This document shows, piece by piece, positions 17,493 through 28,994 of a stretch of DNA of 64,000 nt. How positions within the stretch are numbered: the stretch's first letter is position 1; each line of letters begins with the position of its first letter. The notes under the pieces were generated by a model, which worked only from the letters and a program-made list of their open reading frames with translations, did no database searches and was not told the origin of the DNA. A program made the translations under genes and the position numbers. This DNA comes from Tubiluchus corallicola. Lineage: Eukaryota; Animalia; Priapulida. The stretch lies in assembly GCA_030141605.1 (NCBI GenBank), contig JAQGDQ010002410.1:6125-70124 (forward strand). The letters run 5' to 3'.

Positions 17493-19610
17493 GTGAGTGT
17501 AAAACAAGACATCATAGATAGGTTTAAAATAATATATCTTTTTGTATTCCTATTTGCCTTTGCTGTTGTAGGACGTATCATCTACCTACAAATAGTAGAG
17601 GGAAAAAAGTTGAGGCAACGAGGAGAAAACATTACCCGACAAGAATATAGCATAAAAGGATTGCGAGGCGATATTTTATCCGCTAATGGCAAATTGCTTG
17701 CAGGCACTATACCTATGTACCAGATATATATGGACACGCGGGCACAAGGACTAACCGATAAGATATTCAATGCTAATATAGACTCTTTATCATTGAGATT
17801 AAGCAAATTTTTTCAAGACAAGTCACCTTCCCAATACAAAAAGGAACTTATACAAGCAAGAAACAATCATAGAAGGTATTATAAGATAAATAAGAAAAAG
17901 ATTAATTATATAGAACTCCAAAACATAAAAACCTTCCCTATTTTTCGTCTGGGTAAAAATCAAGGGGGGGTTTTGCCTAAAACTTACAATGAGCGCATAT
18001 TTCCATTTGGCAAATTGGCTGCTCGCACAATAGGATATACCACACGTGACCTATCCGACATAGGTTACGGAAAAGTAGGATTAGAAGGAGCTTATGAAAC
18101 AGAGTTGAGAGGTGAAAGCGGATTGAATATTTTACAAAAAATAGGAGGAGAATGGATACCTATGACAGAAATAGAACCAAGTAAAGGCTACGACTTGGTC
18201 ACTACCATAGATGTTGATTTACAAGATATAACCGAGACAGCTCTTGAACAACAACTATGGAAACACAATGCAGATCACGGCACAGTAGTATTGATGGAAA
18301 CAGAAACAGGAGATATAAAAGCCATTGCTAACTTGAAATATAAGAAAGAAGAAGGATATATAGAAGCCTACAACTACGCTATAGGAGAAGCAGTAGAGCC
18401 GGGTTCTACTTTTAAGTTACCTGCATTGATGGTCGCTATGGAAGATGGCTATATCGATTTAAATAGCAAAATCAATACAGGAAGTGGAAGTGCTAAATAC
18501 TACAACCATACTATAAGAGACAACAAAGTGGGAGGTTATGGAGAAATAACAATTGAAGAGGCTTTTCAGTATTCGTCTAATGTCGCAATGACGAAAGTAA
18601 TTAATCAATACTATAAAGGCAAAGAACAGCAATTTGTAGATAGACTTTATAGTATGAACCTAAATGAAAAACTTAATATAGAAATATTGGGTGAAGGACA
18701 TCCGTATATAAAATATCCGGGCGACAAATTGTGGTCAGGTTTGTCTCTTCTTATGATGTCATTCGGGTATGAAATACAACTCACCCCACTTCAATTACTT
18801 ACTTTTTATAATGCTATAGCTCATAACGGAAAAATGGTTAAGCCTCGTTTTGTAAAACGTATAGAAAAAGACGGACAAACAATAAAAACCTTTAAAACAG
18901 AAATTATCAATCCTGCCACCTGCTCTCAAAGCACCGTAAACAAAGCACAAAAACTACTTGAAAAAGTAGTAGAAAGTGGCACGGCTACTAACTTAAAAAA
19001 CCCCTATTATAAAATAGCAGGAAAAACAGGCACTACACAAATAGCCTATCAAAAAATGGGTTATTCTAAGGAGGGTAAGAAAAACTATTCATCTTCATTC
19101 GTCGGGTATTTTCCCGCTGAAAACCCTATGTATTCTTGTATTGTTGTTATATCCTCACCACGTAACAATGTTATCTACGGAAACACAGTAGCTGCTCCTG
19201 TATTCAAAAAAGTAGCAGACGGAGTATATACCAAAACTATTAAAATGCACAAACAAAGCCCTACACATTTGGACATTCCTAATCTACCTATCTCTAAGAA
19301 TGGACACACTACTGACCTTACAACAATATTTCACGCTTTACAAATACCCACAAAAACACAAGAAGCCAAGTCTGATTGGATTATTACAACGAGAGCAGAT
19401 TATAATATCGACTATCAAAATAAAACTGTAAGACCCAATACAATGCCTAATGTAAAAGGGATGAGCCTGAAAGATGCTTTATACATATTAGAAAATTTGG
19501 GATTGAAAGTGAAATTTAAAGGCAAAGGCATGGTAATAGCACAGTCTATTCCCTCAGGGGAAAAAATAAGCAAAAACAAACAAGTAACCCTTAACCTTCA
19601 AATGCTGTGA
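17493..19610 (+). CDS. ftsI: Penicillin-binding protein FtsI with PASTA domain
   Basis: EPGSTFK (SxxK), SSN, KTGT; C-terminal PASTA MPNVKGMSLKDA. Confidence 0.95.
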   Translation: MSVKQDIIDRFKIIYLFVFLFAFAVVGRIIYLQIVEGKKLRQRGENITRQEYSIKGLRGDILSANGKLLAGTIPMYQIYMDTRAQGLTDKIFNANIDSLSLRLSKFFQDKSPSQYKKELIQARNNHRRYYKINKKKINYIELQNIKTFPIFRLGKNQGGVLPKTYNERIFPFGKLAARTIGYTTRDLSDIGYGKVGLEGAYETELRGESGLNILQKIGGEWIPMTEIEPSKGYDLVTTIDVDLQDITETALEQQLWKHNADHGTVVLMETETGDIKAIANLKYKKEEGYIEAYNYAIGEAVEPGSTFKLPALMVAMEDGYIDLNSKINTGSGSAKYYNHTIRDNKVGGYGEITIEEAFQYSSNVAMTKVINQYYKGKEQQFVDRLYSMNLNEKLNIEILGEGHPYIKYPGDKLWSGLSLLMMSFGYEIQLTPLQLLTFYNAIAHNGKMVKPRFVKRIEKDGQTIKTFKTEIINPATCSQSTVNKAQKLLEKVVESGTATNLKNPYYKIAGKTGTTQIAYQKMGYSKEGKKNYSSSFVGYFPAENPMYSCIVVISSPRNNVIYGNTVAAPVFKKVADGVYTKTIKMHKQSPTHLDIPNLPISKNGHTTDLTTIFHALQIPTKTQEAKSDWIITTRADYNIDYQNKTVRPNTMPNVKGMSLKDALYILENLGLKVKFKGKGMVIAQSIPSGEKISKNKQVTLNLQML

Positions 19611-19611
19611 T

Positions 19612-21078
19612 ATGATAGCAAATTTAAAAGACATATTAACCCAAATAGAAATACAACAGACGCTCAACCCGTTGGACGCCACTGTAAAATCCATTCACAC
19701 CAACTCTAAAAAAGTAGTTGAAGGAGGAATGTTTGTAGCTATTAAAGGTCTAACCACAGATGGCCATCAATACATTAATTCAGCTATAAAACAAGGAGCA
19801 AGTGTAATAGTATGCGAAAACTTGCCAGAAACCACCAACCCCAAAGTAACTTACATACAGGTAAAAAGCACTTCACAAGCACTGCCTATCATCAACAGTA
19901 ATTACTACAACAACCCTAGCTCTCTATTAAAATTAGTAGGAATAACAGGAACAAATGGTAAAACAACTATTGCCACCTTATTATACAAATTATACAAACA
20001 ACTTGGTTATAAAGTGGGACTCATTTCTACCATAACCTATTATATAGATGAAGAAGAGTACCCCGCCACACACACTACACCAGACAATCTGAAACTTAAC
20101 CAGTTAATATATGATATGGTAAAAGCAGGTTGCGATTATTGTTTTATGGAGGTGAGTTCACATTCTATACATCAACAACGTATTGCAGGCCTACACTTTG
20201 TAGGTGGAGTATTTACCAATATTACACACGACCATTTGGACTATCACAAGACATTTGATGAATATTTAAAAACGAAAAAAACCTTCTTTGACCACTTGTC
20301 TATTTCTGCTTTTGCTCTTACTAATATTGACGATAAAAATGGTAAGATAATGTTGCAAAATACAGTGGCAAGAAAGCACTATTACACACTAAAAACCCAA
20401 GAAGAATTCAAAGCCAAAATTAGAGAACAACATTTCAATGGTACTTTAATAGAAATCAATCAACAAGAATTATGGACAAACCTTATAGGAGAGTTCAACA
20501 TCTACAATCTACTAGCTATCTATGCTACTGCATTGCTGCTTGGACAAAATGCTCAAACAGTTCTACAATGCCTTAGCACATTGAAAGCTGTAGAGGGACG
20601 CTTCCAGTACCTCAGTTCGCCTGGTGGAAAAATTGCCATTATAGACTATGCTCACACACCCGATGCTTTACGAAATGTATTGAATACTATCAGCAAAATA
20701 CGTAAACAAGACCAACAAATCATAACTGTAGTAGGTGCAGGAGGAGATAGAGACAAACATAAAAGAGAAAAAATGGGACACGAAACAGTAATGGTAAGCG
20801 ACAAGGTGATACTCACATCAGACAACCCGCGCTACGAAAATCCCGATACTATCATACAAGACATACACAAAGGGATACCGAAAAAGGAAGAAAAGAAAAT
20901 ATTAACTATTTCAGACAGAAAACAAGCTATAAAAACTGCCTATATGATAGCTCAAAAAGGAGATATTATACTAATAGCAGGAAAGGGACACGAAACCTAC
21001 CAAGAAATAGAGGGTGTGAGATATCATTTTAATGACAAAGAAATCATTCAAGAATGCTTTAATACTGATAATAATTAG
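19612..21078 (+). CDS. murE: UDP-MurNAc-tripeptide ligase (meso-DAP adding)
   Basis: [32 protein letters not shown]. Confidence 0.97.
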   Translation: MIANLKDILTQIEIQQTLNPLDATVKSIHTNSKKVVEGGMFVAIKGLTTDGHQYINSAIKQGASVIVCENLPETTNPKVTYIQVKSTSQALPIINSNYYNNPSSLLKLVGITGTNGKTTIATLLYKLYKQLGYKVGLISTITYYIDEEEYPATHTTPDNLKLNQLIYDMVKAGCDYCFMEVSSHSIHQQRIAGLHFVGGVFTNITHDHLDYHKTFDEYLKTKKTFFDHLSISAFALTNIDDKNGKIMLQNTVARKHYYTLKTQEEFKAKIREQHFNGTLIEINQQELWTNLIGEFNIYNLLAIYATALLLGQNAQTVLQCLSTLKAVEGRFQYLSSPGGKIAIIDYAHTPDALRNVLNTISKIRKQDQQIITVVGAGGDRDKHKREKMGHETVMVSDKVILTSDNPRYENPDTIIQDIHKGIPKKEEKKILTISDRKQAIKTAYMIAQKGDIILIAGKGHETYQEIEGVRYHFNDKEIIQECFNTDNN

Positions 21079-21089
21079 GTAAAGAGATT

Positions 21090-22361
21090 ATGTTATATTA
21101 TTTGTTCAATTATTTACAAGACACATTAAATTTACCGGGAGCAGGAATGTTTCAATATATCTCTTTCCGTTCGGCTGCAGCCATTGTATTGTCTTTACTT
21201 ATTTCTACTATCTATGGCAAGAAAATAATCAAAATATTACAAAAAAAACAAATAGGAGAAAACGTAAGAGACCTCAACTTGCACGGACAGATTGAAAAAA
21301 CAGGCACGCCCACTATTGGAGGTATTATTATCATTATAGCACTACTAATTCCTACTTTGTTATTCGCCAAATTAGACAATATCTACATTCTATTAATGCT
21401 AATTACTACTATTTGGCTGGGAACAATAGGCTTTATAGACGACTACATCAAAACTTACAAAAAAAACAAAAAAGGCTTAGCCGCCAAGTTTAAGTTATTT
21501 GGACAAGTGAGCCTTGGGCTGATAGTAGGCATTACATTGTATGCAAGCGAAGATGCCGTTATACGCGAAACTATCACTATACAAGAGTACGAGAAAAGAG
21601 CTGTAAATGAAAACCTCAAAAAGATAAAACAGAGCGAGTCAATAGTCCACAAAAAAGGTTATGTAATGGTGGAGACGAAATCAACAAGAACAAATATTCC
21701 CTTCTTCAAAAACAATGAATTGGATTATGCCCAATTGCTCCCATTTATTAGCAAAAAAGCAAGAAAAAGTTGGGGATGGGTAGTATTTATTATAACCGCT
21801 ATTATTATTATTACAGCTGTTTCCAATGGGGCTAATATGACTGATGGTTTAGACGGCTTAGCCACCGGCACATCAGCTATTATAGGAAGCACACTTGCCG
21901 TATTGGCTTACGTTTCAGGTAACATCATCTATGCCAATTACCTCAACATAATGTATATTCCTAATGTAGGAGAGCTAGTGGTCTTTATAAGTGCTTTCAT
22001 AGGTGCTACGATAGGTTTTCTTTGGTATAACTCTTATCCAGCACAGGTATTTATGGGTGATACAGGAAGTCTCACCATAGGAGGTATTATTGCTACCTTC
22101 TCCATTATCATTCACAAAGAATTGTTAATACCTATACTATGCGGAATATTTTTTGTAGAGAACTTATCAGTAGTCTTACAAGTAGCTTATTTTAAATACA
22201 CCAAGAAAAGAACAGGCATAGGAAAACGCATATTCAAAATGGCTCCTTTACACCATCATTATCAACTAAAAGGCTACCCCGAAGCTAAAATAGTAACACG
22301 CTTTTGGATAGTGGGGATATTGTTGGCAGTACTGACCATTGTAACCTTAAAAGTAAGATAA
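21090..22361 (+). CDS. mraY: Phospho-MurNAc-pentapeptide transferase
   Basis: [29 protein letters not shown]. Confidence 0.97.
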   Translation: MLYYLFNYLQDTLNLPGAGMFQYISFRSAAAIVLSLLISTIYGKKIIKILQKKQIGENVRDLNLHGQIEKTGTPTIGGIIIIIALLIPTLLFAKLDNIYILLMLITTIWLGTIGFIDDYIKTYKKNKKGLAAKFKLFGQVSLGLIVGITLYASEDAVIRETITIQEYEKRAVNENLKKIKQSESIVHKKGYVMVETKSTRTNIPFFKNNELDYAQLLPFISKKARKSWGWVVFIITAIIIITAVSNGANMTDGLDGLATGTSAIIGSTLAVLAYVSGNIIYANYLNIMYIPNVGELVVFISAFIGATIGFLWYNSYPAQVFMGDTGSLTIGGIIATFSIIIHKELLIPILCGIFFVENLSVVLQVAYFKYTKKRTGIGKRIFKMAPLHHHYQLKGYPEAKIVTRFWIVGILLAVLTIVTLKVR

Positions 22362-22371
22362 CGAAAAGAAG

Positions 22372-23712
22372 ATGAACCCCAAAAAGATTGTCATACTTGG
22401 AGCAGGCGAAAGCGGAACAGGAGCAGCCCTATTGGCACAAGCCAAGGGCTATGAAGTCTTTTTGTCAGACAAAGGCACAATACAGCTTAAATACAAGAAA
22501 CAGTTAGAAAAAAACAACATCACCTACGAAGAAAATGCACATACTGAGTTAAAAATATTAGAGGCATCAAAAATAATTAAAAGCCCTGGTATACCTAACA
22601 CCACTTCTATTATACAAAAGATACAACAACAACAAATACCCATTATTTCCGAAATAGAATTTGCTATGCAATACAGCTCTGCCAAAACTATTTGCATCAC
22701 AGGAACTAATGGAAAAACCACAACAACTTCTCTCATCTATTACTCACTAAAAAATGCAGGATTGAATGTAGGCATAGCAGGAAATATTGGGAATAGTCTG
22801 GCTTTGCAAGTACTGAAAAACAGCTACGACTATTATGTAATAGAGTTAAGCAGCTTTCAATTGGACAATATATACAAACACAAACCCTATATTTCCATAC
22901 TGCTAAATATTACAACAGACCATTTAGACCGCTATGGGAACGACATAGGAAACTACATACAATCTAAATTTCGCATTATTAAAAATTTAGACATTAACAC
23001 ACATTTCATCTACAATCAAGATGATATTAATATAACAACAACATTAAGAAAGTTACCATTAACAACTAATTTATATCCTTTCTCATTAAAACAAGATGTA
23101 GAAAAAGGAGCATATATACAAGACAAAAAAATAGTAGTTAATACTAATTTAAAACTATTTACTATGGAAATACAACAACTTGCTTTACAAGGCAAGCACA
23201 ATATTTACAACTCAATGGCAGCAGGGATAACAGCAAGGATACTAGATATTAAAGATGAACTTATCCGAGAAAGCCTAAGAACATTTACAAACATAGATCA
23301 TCGTATGCAAAAAGTATTACAGATAGGAGGAATACAGTTTGTGAACGATTCGAAAGCCACTAACATCAACTCCGTATGGTATGCCTTGGAATGTACCCAC
23401 AAACCTATTGTTTGGATAGCAGGCGGCACAGACAAAGGCAACGACTATACAACACTCAAAAAATTAGTAAAAGATAAAGTAAAAGCCCTTATTTGCTTAG
23501 GCAAGGATAACACCAAATTGAAAAAAGCCTTTAGAGGTGTTATAAGCAATATTCAAGAAACACAATCGATGCAGCAAGCTGTAGAATGTGCCTACGACAT
23601 AGCCAAAAAGGGCGATACAGTACTGCTATCACCCGCCTGTGCTAGTTTCGATTTGTTTAAAAACTACGAAGACCGAGGCGAACAGTTTATAGAAAGAGTA
23701 AGAAACTTATAA
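22372..23712 (+). CDS. murD: UDP-MurNAc-L-Ala--D-Glu ligase
   Basis: [37 protein letters not shown]. Confidence 0.97.
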   Translation: MNPKKIVILGAGESGTGAALLAQAKGYEVFLSDKGTIQLKYKKQLEKNNITYEENAHTELKILEASKIIKSPGIPNTTSIIQKIQQQQIPIISEIEFAMQYSSAKTICITGTNGKTTTTSLIYYSLKNAGLNVGIAGNIGNSLALQVLKNSYDYYVIELSSFQLDNIYKHKPYISILLNITTDHLDRYGNDIGNYIQSKFRIIKNLDINTHFIYNQDDINITTTLRKLPLTTNLYPFSLKQDVEKGAYIQDKKIVVNTNLKLFTMEIQQLALQGKHNIYNSMAAGITARILDIKDELIRESLRTFTNIDHRMQKVLQIGGIQFVNDSKATNINSVWYALECTHKPIVWIAGGTDKGNDYTTLKKLVKDKVKALICLGKDNTKLKKAFRGVISNIQETQSMQQAVECAYDIAKKGDTVLLSPACASFDLFKNYEDRGEQFIERVRNL

Positions 23713-23776
23713 CACGAATAATAATTATAGGAGAAAACGGCACTTGTCCTTACTATAAAGTTAGCTATAGAGAAAT

Positions 23777-24928
23777 ATGAAAACAACATTCACCAAATAT
23801 TTCAAAGGCGACCAAGTCATATGGATCATCATATTTCTGTTGTCCTTATTTTCTCTATTAGCAGTATATAGTTCCACAGGTATTCTTGCTTATAAAAACC
23901 ACCAAGGCAATACATTCTACTACCTTGGCAAGCATACGGTTTTGCTTCTGCTTGGCATTGCTTTTATTTGGGTAATACACCGCACCTCCTACCTTCTTTA
24001 TCTAAAATTTGCCCACATACTATTATATATATCTATTGGGCTGCTAATACTTACCCTTGTTACAGGTACCAACTTAAACGAAGCCTCACGATGGCTTACT
24101 GTACCTCTCATTGGTTTCAGTATACAAACCTCGGAAATAGCCAAGCTCTCTATGATACTGTACATAGCTAGAGTACTCTCTCGCAATCAATCCTCCATCA
24201 AAGCAAGAGAAAAAGCCTTTAAAGACATTCTTATTCATCTTATTATTGTTTGCGGATTAATATTCACTCAAAATTTATCTACTGCTCTTATCCTATTCTT
24301 TACCTCTCTTACGGTAATGTATCTTGGCAGAATACCTGTAAGACATCTTGCCAGTGTAGTAGGATTAGGCTTGCTATGTGCCATATCTCTTACTTTTGTA
24401 GGAACTCACCTTGGAATAGAGAGAGCGCAAACGTGGAAAAACCGTATAGAGGCTTATGTGGAAAAAGACGACTACTATGGAAATAATTTTCAAACAGAAC
24501 AAGCCAAAATAGCCGTAGCCTCAGGGAATATATTTTGGGGAAAGGGACCTGGCAATTCCGACCAAAAAAACTTCCTCCCGCACCCTTATTCTGACTTTAT
24601 CTATGCAATTATTATAGAAGAATATGGAATTATTTTTGGAGGTGTTCTTATCCTCACTGCCTTTATGATACTACTTTACAGAGCCTTATTAATAGTGAAG
24701 AATGCTACTATGGCATTTCAGGCTTTTGTAACCATAGGGTTATCACTTAGCCTTGTTCTGCAAGCATTTATACACATAGCAGTGAATGTAGGTATATTAC
24801 CCGTAACAGGACAAACCTTGCCACTTGTAAGTATGGGAGGTAGTTCTATACTTATTACCTGTCTTAATTTAGGAGTGTTGCTAAGTGTAACAAGAAAGAT
24901 AGAAAAAACAAGAAAAACTAAAAATTAA
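23777..24928 (+). CDS. ftsW: SEDS peptidoglycan glycosyltransferase FtsW
   Basis: Multi-TM; SDFIYAIIIEEYG, PVTGQTLPLVSMGGSS; dcw position after murD. Confidence 0.94.
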   Translation: MKTTFTKYFKGDQVIWIIIFLLSLFSLLAVYSSTGILAYKNHQGNTFYYLGKHTVLLLLGIAFIWVIHRTSYLLYLKFAHILLYISIGLLILTLVTGTNLNEASRWLTVPLIGFSIQTSEIAKLSMILYIARVLSRNQSSIKAREKAFKDILIHLIIVCGLIFTQNLSTALILFFTSLTVMYLGRIPVRHLASVVGLGLLCAISLTFVGTHLGIERAQTWKNRIEAYVEKDDYYGNNFQTEQAKIAVASGNIFWGKGPGNSDQKNFLPHPYSDFIYAIIIEEYGIIFGGVLILTAFMILLYRALLIVKNATMAFQAFVTIGLSLSLVLQAFIHIAVNVGILPVTGQTLPLVSMGGSSILITCLNLGVLLSVTRKIEKTRKTKN

Positions 24929-24955
24929 AATTATCCCTACAAAAATACTGCTGTT

Positions 24956-25378
24956 CTAAATAAAATTTCCTTTTCGCTCCAAATAAGATTGTAAAATTAC
25001 TGTAGCACTCACTTCATCTACCAAAGCCTTGTTCCGTCTTTTCTTTTTCTTTAAGCCACTATCTATCATAGAGCGAAATGCTATTTTGGAGGTGAAACGC
25101 TCATCTACGAAAACAATCTCTACGGACAGAAATTTCTTGCGTAATTCATCTGCTAAAAGCTCAATATTTTTCGCTATCTCTTCATATTCGCCACTTAGTT
25201 TTTTGGGCATTCCTATCACAAAACACTCCACCTTCTCACGTTGCAAGTATTTCTCCAAAAAACTCATCAACTCTACACTACTTACAGTAGTCAATCCATT
25301 AGCTATTATTTGTAATTCATCTGTTACAGCTAAACCCGTCCGCTTCAGACCAAAATCTATCGCCAATACCCTTGCCAT
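24956..25378 (-). CDS. ruvX: Pre-16S rRNA nuclease YqgF/RuvX
   Basis: LAIDFGLKRTGLAVTD, VDERFTS, DEVSATVILQSYL. Confidence 0.95.
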   Translation of the reverse strand: MARVLAIDFGLKRTGLAVTDELQIIANGLTTVSSVELMSFLEKYLQREKVECFVIGMPKKLSGEYEEIAKNIELLADELRKKFLSVEIVFVDERFTSKIAFRSMIDSGLKKKKRRNKALVDEVSATVILQSYLERKGNFI

Positions 25379-25380
25379 AT

Positions 25381-26667
25381 CTATAATATTTCAGCACTTT
25401 TTTCAACTGCTTTTAGAGTTTTCTCTATCTGCGAATTGTCCAACGAATGGGAAACGAACCACGACTCAAAAGGAGATGGAGGCAGATAAACCCCATTTTC
25501 CAACATACTATGATAAAATTTAGCAAAACGCTTTTTATCAGTGTTTTTTGCAGAAGAAAAATCTACCACTTCCTTATCGTTAGTAAAAAAAACACTCATC
25601 ATAGACCCTACATTATTGATAACAACTTCTATATGGTGTTTCTCAAAAACTTCTTTTATTCTATTTGCTAAATTATTAGTCTTATCCTCCAAACTTTCAT
25701 AAATATGCGAATGCTCATTTAAAATATTCAACATTGCATATCCACTTGTCATAGCAACAGGATTGCCAGACAAAGTCCCCGCTTGATAAACCTCACCCAT
25801 AGGAGATACATAATCCATAATTTCTTTTCGCGAAACATATGCACCCACAGGCATACCACCCCCTACTATTTTTCCAAAGGTTGCAATATCTGCCATTACA
25901 TTAAAATATTCTTGTGCCCCTCCACGAGCCAAACGAAATCCTGTCATTACCTCATCAAAAATAAGTAGTATATTATGCTCATCGCACAACTTACGTAATT
26001 TTTGCAGAAAATTATCTTTTGGAAGCACACAACCCATATTACCAGCCACTGGCTCTATGATAATAGCTGCTACTTGCTCTTTATTCTCATTCACCAGCTT
26101 TTCTACACTATCTATGTCATTATACACTGCAACGAGAGTATCATTTGCCACGTTCGATGGAACTCCTTTACTATCAGGCACTCCAAAAGTAGTAGCACCA
26201 CTTCCCGCCTTAATGAGAAAGGGGTCTGCGTGTCCATGATAACAACCTTCAAACTTGATAATTTTCCCCCTCCCTGTATATCCCCTAGCCAAACGAATAG
26301 CACTCATACACGCCTCCGTCCCTGAGTTTACCATACGCACCTGCTCCATCGCAGGCACCATCTCCACCATTAGTTTCGCTACATCTGTTTCCAATTCTGT
26401 AGGAGCCCCAAACGAAATAGCCTCTTCTACTTTTTCTTGTATTGCCTTTACAATATCAGGATATGAATGCCCTAAAATCATAGGTCCCCAAGATGCCACA
26501 TAATCTAAATAATCATTGTCATCTACATCAGTAAGCACACTACCTTTGGCTTTTTTGAAAAAAATAGGGTTGCCACCTACTGACTTAAAAGCTCTCACAG
26601 GAGAATTTACCCCCCCTGCAATAAACCCTTGAGCTTCCTTAAATAAAGATTTGCTTTTTTCGTACAT
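25381..26667 (-). CDS. hemL: Glutamate-1-semialdehyde 2,1-aminomutase
   Basis: GGVNSPVRAF, NSGTEA, FEGCYHGH, FDEVMTGFR, YQAGTLSGNP. Confidence 0.97.
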   Translation of the reverse strand: MYEKSKSLFKEAQGFIAGGVNSPVRAFKSVGGNPIFFKKAKGSVLTDVDDNDYLDYVASWGPMILGHSYPDIVKAIQEKVEEAISFGAPTELETDVAKLMVEMVPAMEQVRMVNSGTEACMSAIRLARGYTGRGKIIKFEGCYHGHADPFLIKAGSGATTFGVPDSKGVPSNVANDTLVAVYNDIDSVEKLVNENKEQVAAIIIEPVAGNMGCVLPKDNFLQKLRKLCDEHNILLIFDEVMTGFRLARGGAQEYFNVMADIATFGKIVGGGMPVGAYVSRKEIMDYVSPMGEVYQAGTLSGNPVAMTSGYAMLNILNEHSHIYESLEDKTNNLANRIKEVFEKHHIEVVINNVGSMMSVFFTNDKEVVDFSSAKNTDKKRFAKFYHSMLENGVYLPPSPFESWFVSHSLDNSQIEKTLKAVEKSAEIL

Positions 26668-27004
26668 AAATTCTTCTTTTAAACTACAAACTTAAAAATA
26701 ATATTAAAAACTACCGTGAAATTTAACATATCTATTAAGACACAAGCATTCCCCTATCTCTAAAAAAACAATAAAACAAACATATAATAAGATAGTTGCA
26801 TACAATTTTATACTAAGCCAAAATACTTGCAAGCCATTGTGTCGAGTTTTACACATCTTGCAACAAAAAAACAACAACTGCCAAGGAATGCTAAGGTAAC
26901 GTAAAGTAAAAAACAAATGCCATATTATTTTGTTATCAGCTTGGTAAAGCTACATATTCATTGTCTATAATTAACTTACTTCAACATTCTACTTAAAAAA
27001 ACAC

Positions 27005-27012
27005 TACCTTTG
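27005..27012 (+). promoter_or_regulatory. sigmaA -7 element upstream of typA
   Basis: TACCTTTG matches TAnnTTTG. Confidence 0.6.
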
Positions 27013-27075
27013 TATTCTATTTAACCTTATTACATAAGATACAAAGTAACATATACAGATAATACACAAGATAAC

Positions 27076-28878
27076 ATGCAAGATATTAGAAATGTAGCTA
27101 TTATTGCTCACGTAGATCACGGTAAGACAACACTGGTAGACAAAATATTGCACCAAGTAAGGTTGTTTAGAAGTAATCAAAAGGTGAACGAATTAATATT
27201 AGATAATAATGACTTGGAGCGGGAGCGTGGTATTACTATACTTTCCAAAAATGTGTCGGTACGTTATAAAGATGTGAAAATAAACATCATAGACACTCCG
27301 GGACACTCTGACTTTGGGGGCGAAGTAGAACGTGTGCTAAATATGGCTGATGGTGTTTTGTTGCTGGTAGATGCTTTTGAGGGACCTATGCCTCAAACAC
27401 GTTTCGTACTGCAAAAAGCAATAGAGCTAGGCTTGAAGCCTATAGTAGTGGTGAACAAGGTGGATAAGCCTAACTGCACACCTGAAGAGGCACAAGAAGC
27501 TGTTTTTGATTTGATGTTCAACTTGGGAGCTACGGAAGAACAATTAGATTTTCCTACGGCCTATGGTTCTTCCAAAGATGGTTGGATGTCGGACGATTGG
27601 AAGAAGCCTACGCAGGATGTAAGCTACTTGCTGGATTTAATATTAGAGCATGTGCCTCGTTTCAAATATGAAGAAGGAACTACACAACTGCAAATTACCT
27701 CTTTGGATTACTCTTCGTTTGTAGGGCGTATTGCTGTGGGACGTCTGTCTCGTGGAACTCTTACTTGGGGTGATAATGTGTCGCTAGTGAAACGTGATGG
27801 TACAGTTATAAAATCTAAGGTAAAAGAACTGTATGTATTCGAAGGGTTGGGAAAAGAGAAAATGAAAAAGACTATAAGTGCAGGAGAAATATGTGCTGTA
27901 TTGGGTATAGAGGGATTTGATATTGGTGATACTATTGCTGACTATGAAAATCCCGAACAAATAGCTCCTATTAAGATAGATGAGCCTACTATGAGTATGC
28001 TTTTCACGGTAAATAATTCTCCGTTTTTTGGCAAGGACGGTAAATTTGTTACCTCCCGTCATTTAAGGGAACGACTGTATAAGGAAATGGAAAAGAATCT
28101 TGCTTTACGGATAGAGGAAACGAGTTCGGCCGATTCTTTCAACGTATTCGGACGAGGCATTTTGCATCTTTCCATTTTGGTGGAAACTATGCGTAGAGAA
28201 GGGTACGAGTTCCAACTGGGGCAACCACAGGTAGTTGTTAAAGAAATAGATGGTGTAAAATCAGAACCCATAGAAATACTTACGGTGCTTGTGCCAGAGG
28301 AATTTTCGGGCAAGGTGATTGAGATTGTTACTCGGTGCAAGGGCAATATGACGAGTATGAACCCTAAGGGTGATAGGTATAACGTAGAGTTTGAAATTCC
28401 ATCGCGAGGTTTGATAGGATTAAGCACATCCTTGATAACAGCTACCGAAGGGCAGGCTATTGTTGCTCAAAGGTTGAAGGGCTACGAACCTTGGCGAGGT
28501 GAAATGGAAAGGGAACGCAATGGAGCTTTGATTGCTATGGAAACGGGAGTATCAGTAGCTTACTCTTTAGATAAGTTGCAAGATAGAGGAGCATTTTTTA
28601 TAGCTGCAGGCGAAGAGGTATACGAAGGACAGGTTATAGGGCAACATATTAGGCAAGAAGATTTGGTGGTGAACGTTACTAAAACGAAAAAACTTACTAA
28701 TATGCGCTCTGCAGGTGCCGATGACAAGGCTGTGCTTGCTCCTCCTGTAAAATATTCGTTAGAACAATCTATGGAAAACGTGCGAGCCGATGAGTATATT
28801 GAGATAACACCTAAACATATTCGTATGCGAAAGATTCTTTTAACAGAGAACGAAAGAAAACGAGCAGGTAATAAGTAA
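27076..28878 (+). CDS. typA: Translational GTPase TypA/BipA
   Basis: [50 protein letters not shown]. Confidence 0.98.
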   Translation: MQDIRNVAIIAHVDHGKTTLVDKILHQVRLFRSNQKVNELILDNNDLERERGITILSKNVSVRYKDVKINIIDTPGHSDFGGEVERVLNMADGVLLLVDAFEGPMPQTRFVLQKAIELGLKPIVVVNKVDKPNCTPEEAQEAVFDLMFNLGATEEQLDFPTAYGSSKDGWMSDDWKKPTQDVSYLLDLILEHVPRFKYEEGTTQLQITSLDYSSFVGRIAVGRLSRGTLTWGDNVSLVKRDGTVIKSKVKELYVFEGLGKEKMKKTISAGEICAVLGIEGFDIGDTIADYENPEQIAPIKIDEPTMSMLFTVNNSPFFGKDGKFVTSRHLRERLYKEMEKNLALRIEETSSADSFNVFGRGILHLSILVETMRREGYEFQLGQPQVVVKEIDGVKSEPIEILTVLVPEEFSGKVIEIVTRCKGNMTSMNPKGDRYNVEFEIPSRGLIGLSTSLITATEGQAIVAQRLKGYEPWRGEMERERNGALIAMETGVSVAYSLDKLQDRGAFFIAAGEEVYEGQVIGQHIRQEDLVVNVTKTKKLTNMRSAGADDKAVLAPPVKYSLEQSMENVRADEYIEITPKHIRMRKILLTENERKRAGNK

Positions 28879-28913
28879 AGAAAATGACTACTTATTTAAT
28901 TCTGTATCTTCGT

Positions 28914-28941
28914 TTTTAGTTTTTGATATCAAAAACTAAAA
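28914..28941. terminator. Perfect 28-bp palindrome between convergent typA and xerD; probable bidirectional terminator
   Basis: ttttagtttttgat|atcaaaaactaaaa. Confidence 0.6.
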
Positions 28942-28948
28942 TACATAA

Positions 28949-28980
28949 AGTAATGTATTTTCAATAATAGAAAAACAAAC
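28949..28980 (+). repeat. Degenerate end of the MITE-like repeat (copy G)
   Basis: agtaatgtattttcaataatagaaaaacaaac resembles the family end ggtaatgtattatcaataggcagaaaa. Confidence 0.5.
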
Positions 28981-28994
28981 GAAAGGCGAATAGA

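Noticed and set aside
21540-21720. Long hydrophilic insertion in MraY
   Set aside because: Usual feature of Bacteroidota MraY
28914-28941. 28-bp palindrome beside xerD considered as a dif site
   Set aside because: No 11-6-11 layout and no TTATGTTAAA-like XerD arm; its position between convergent genes fits a terminator
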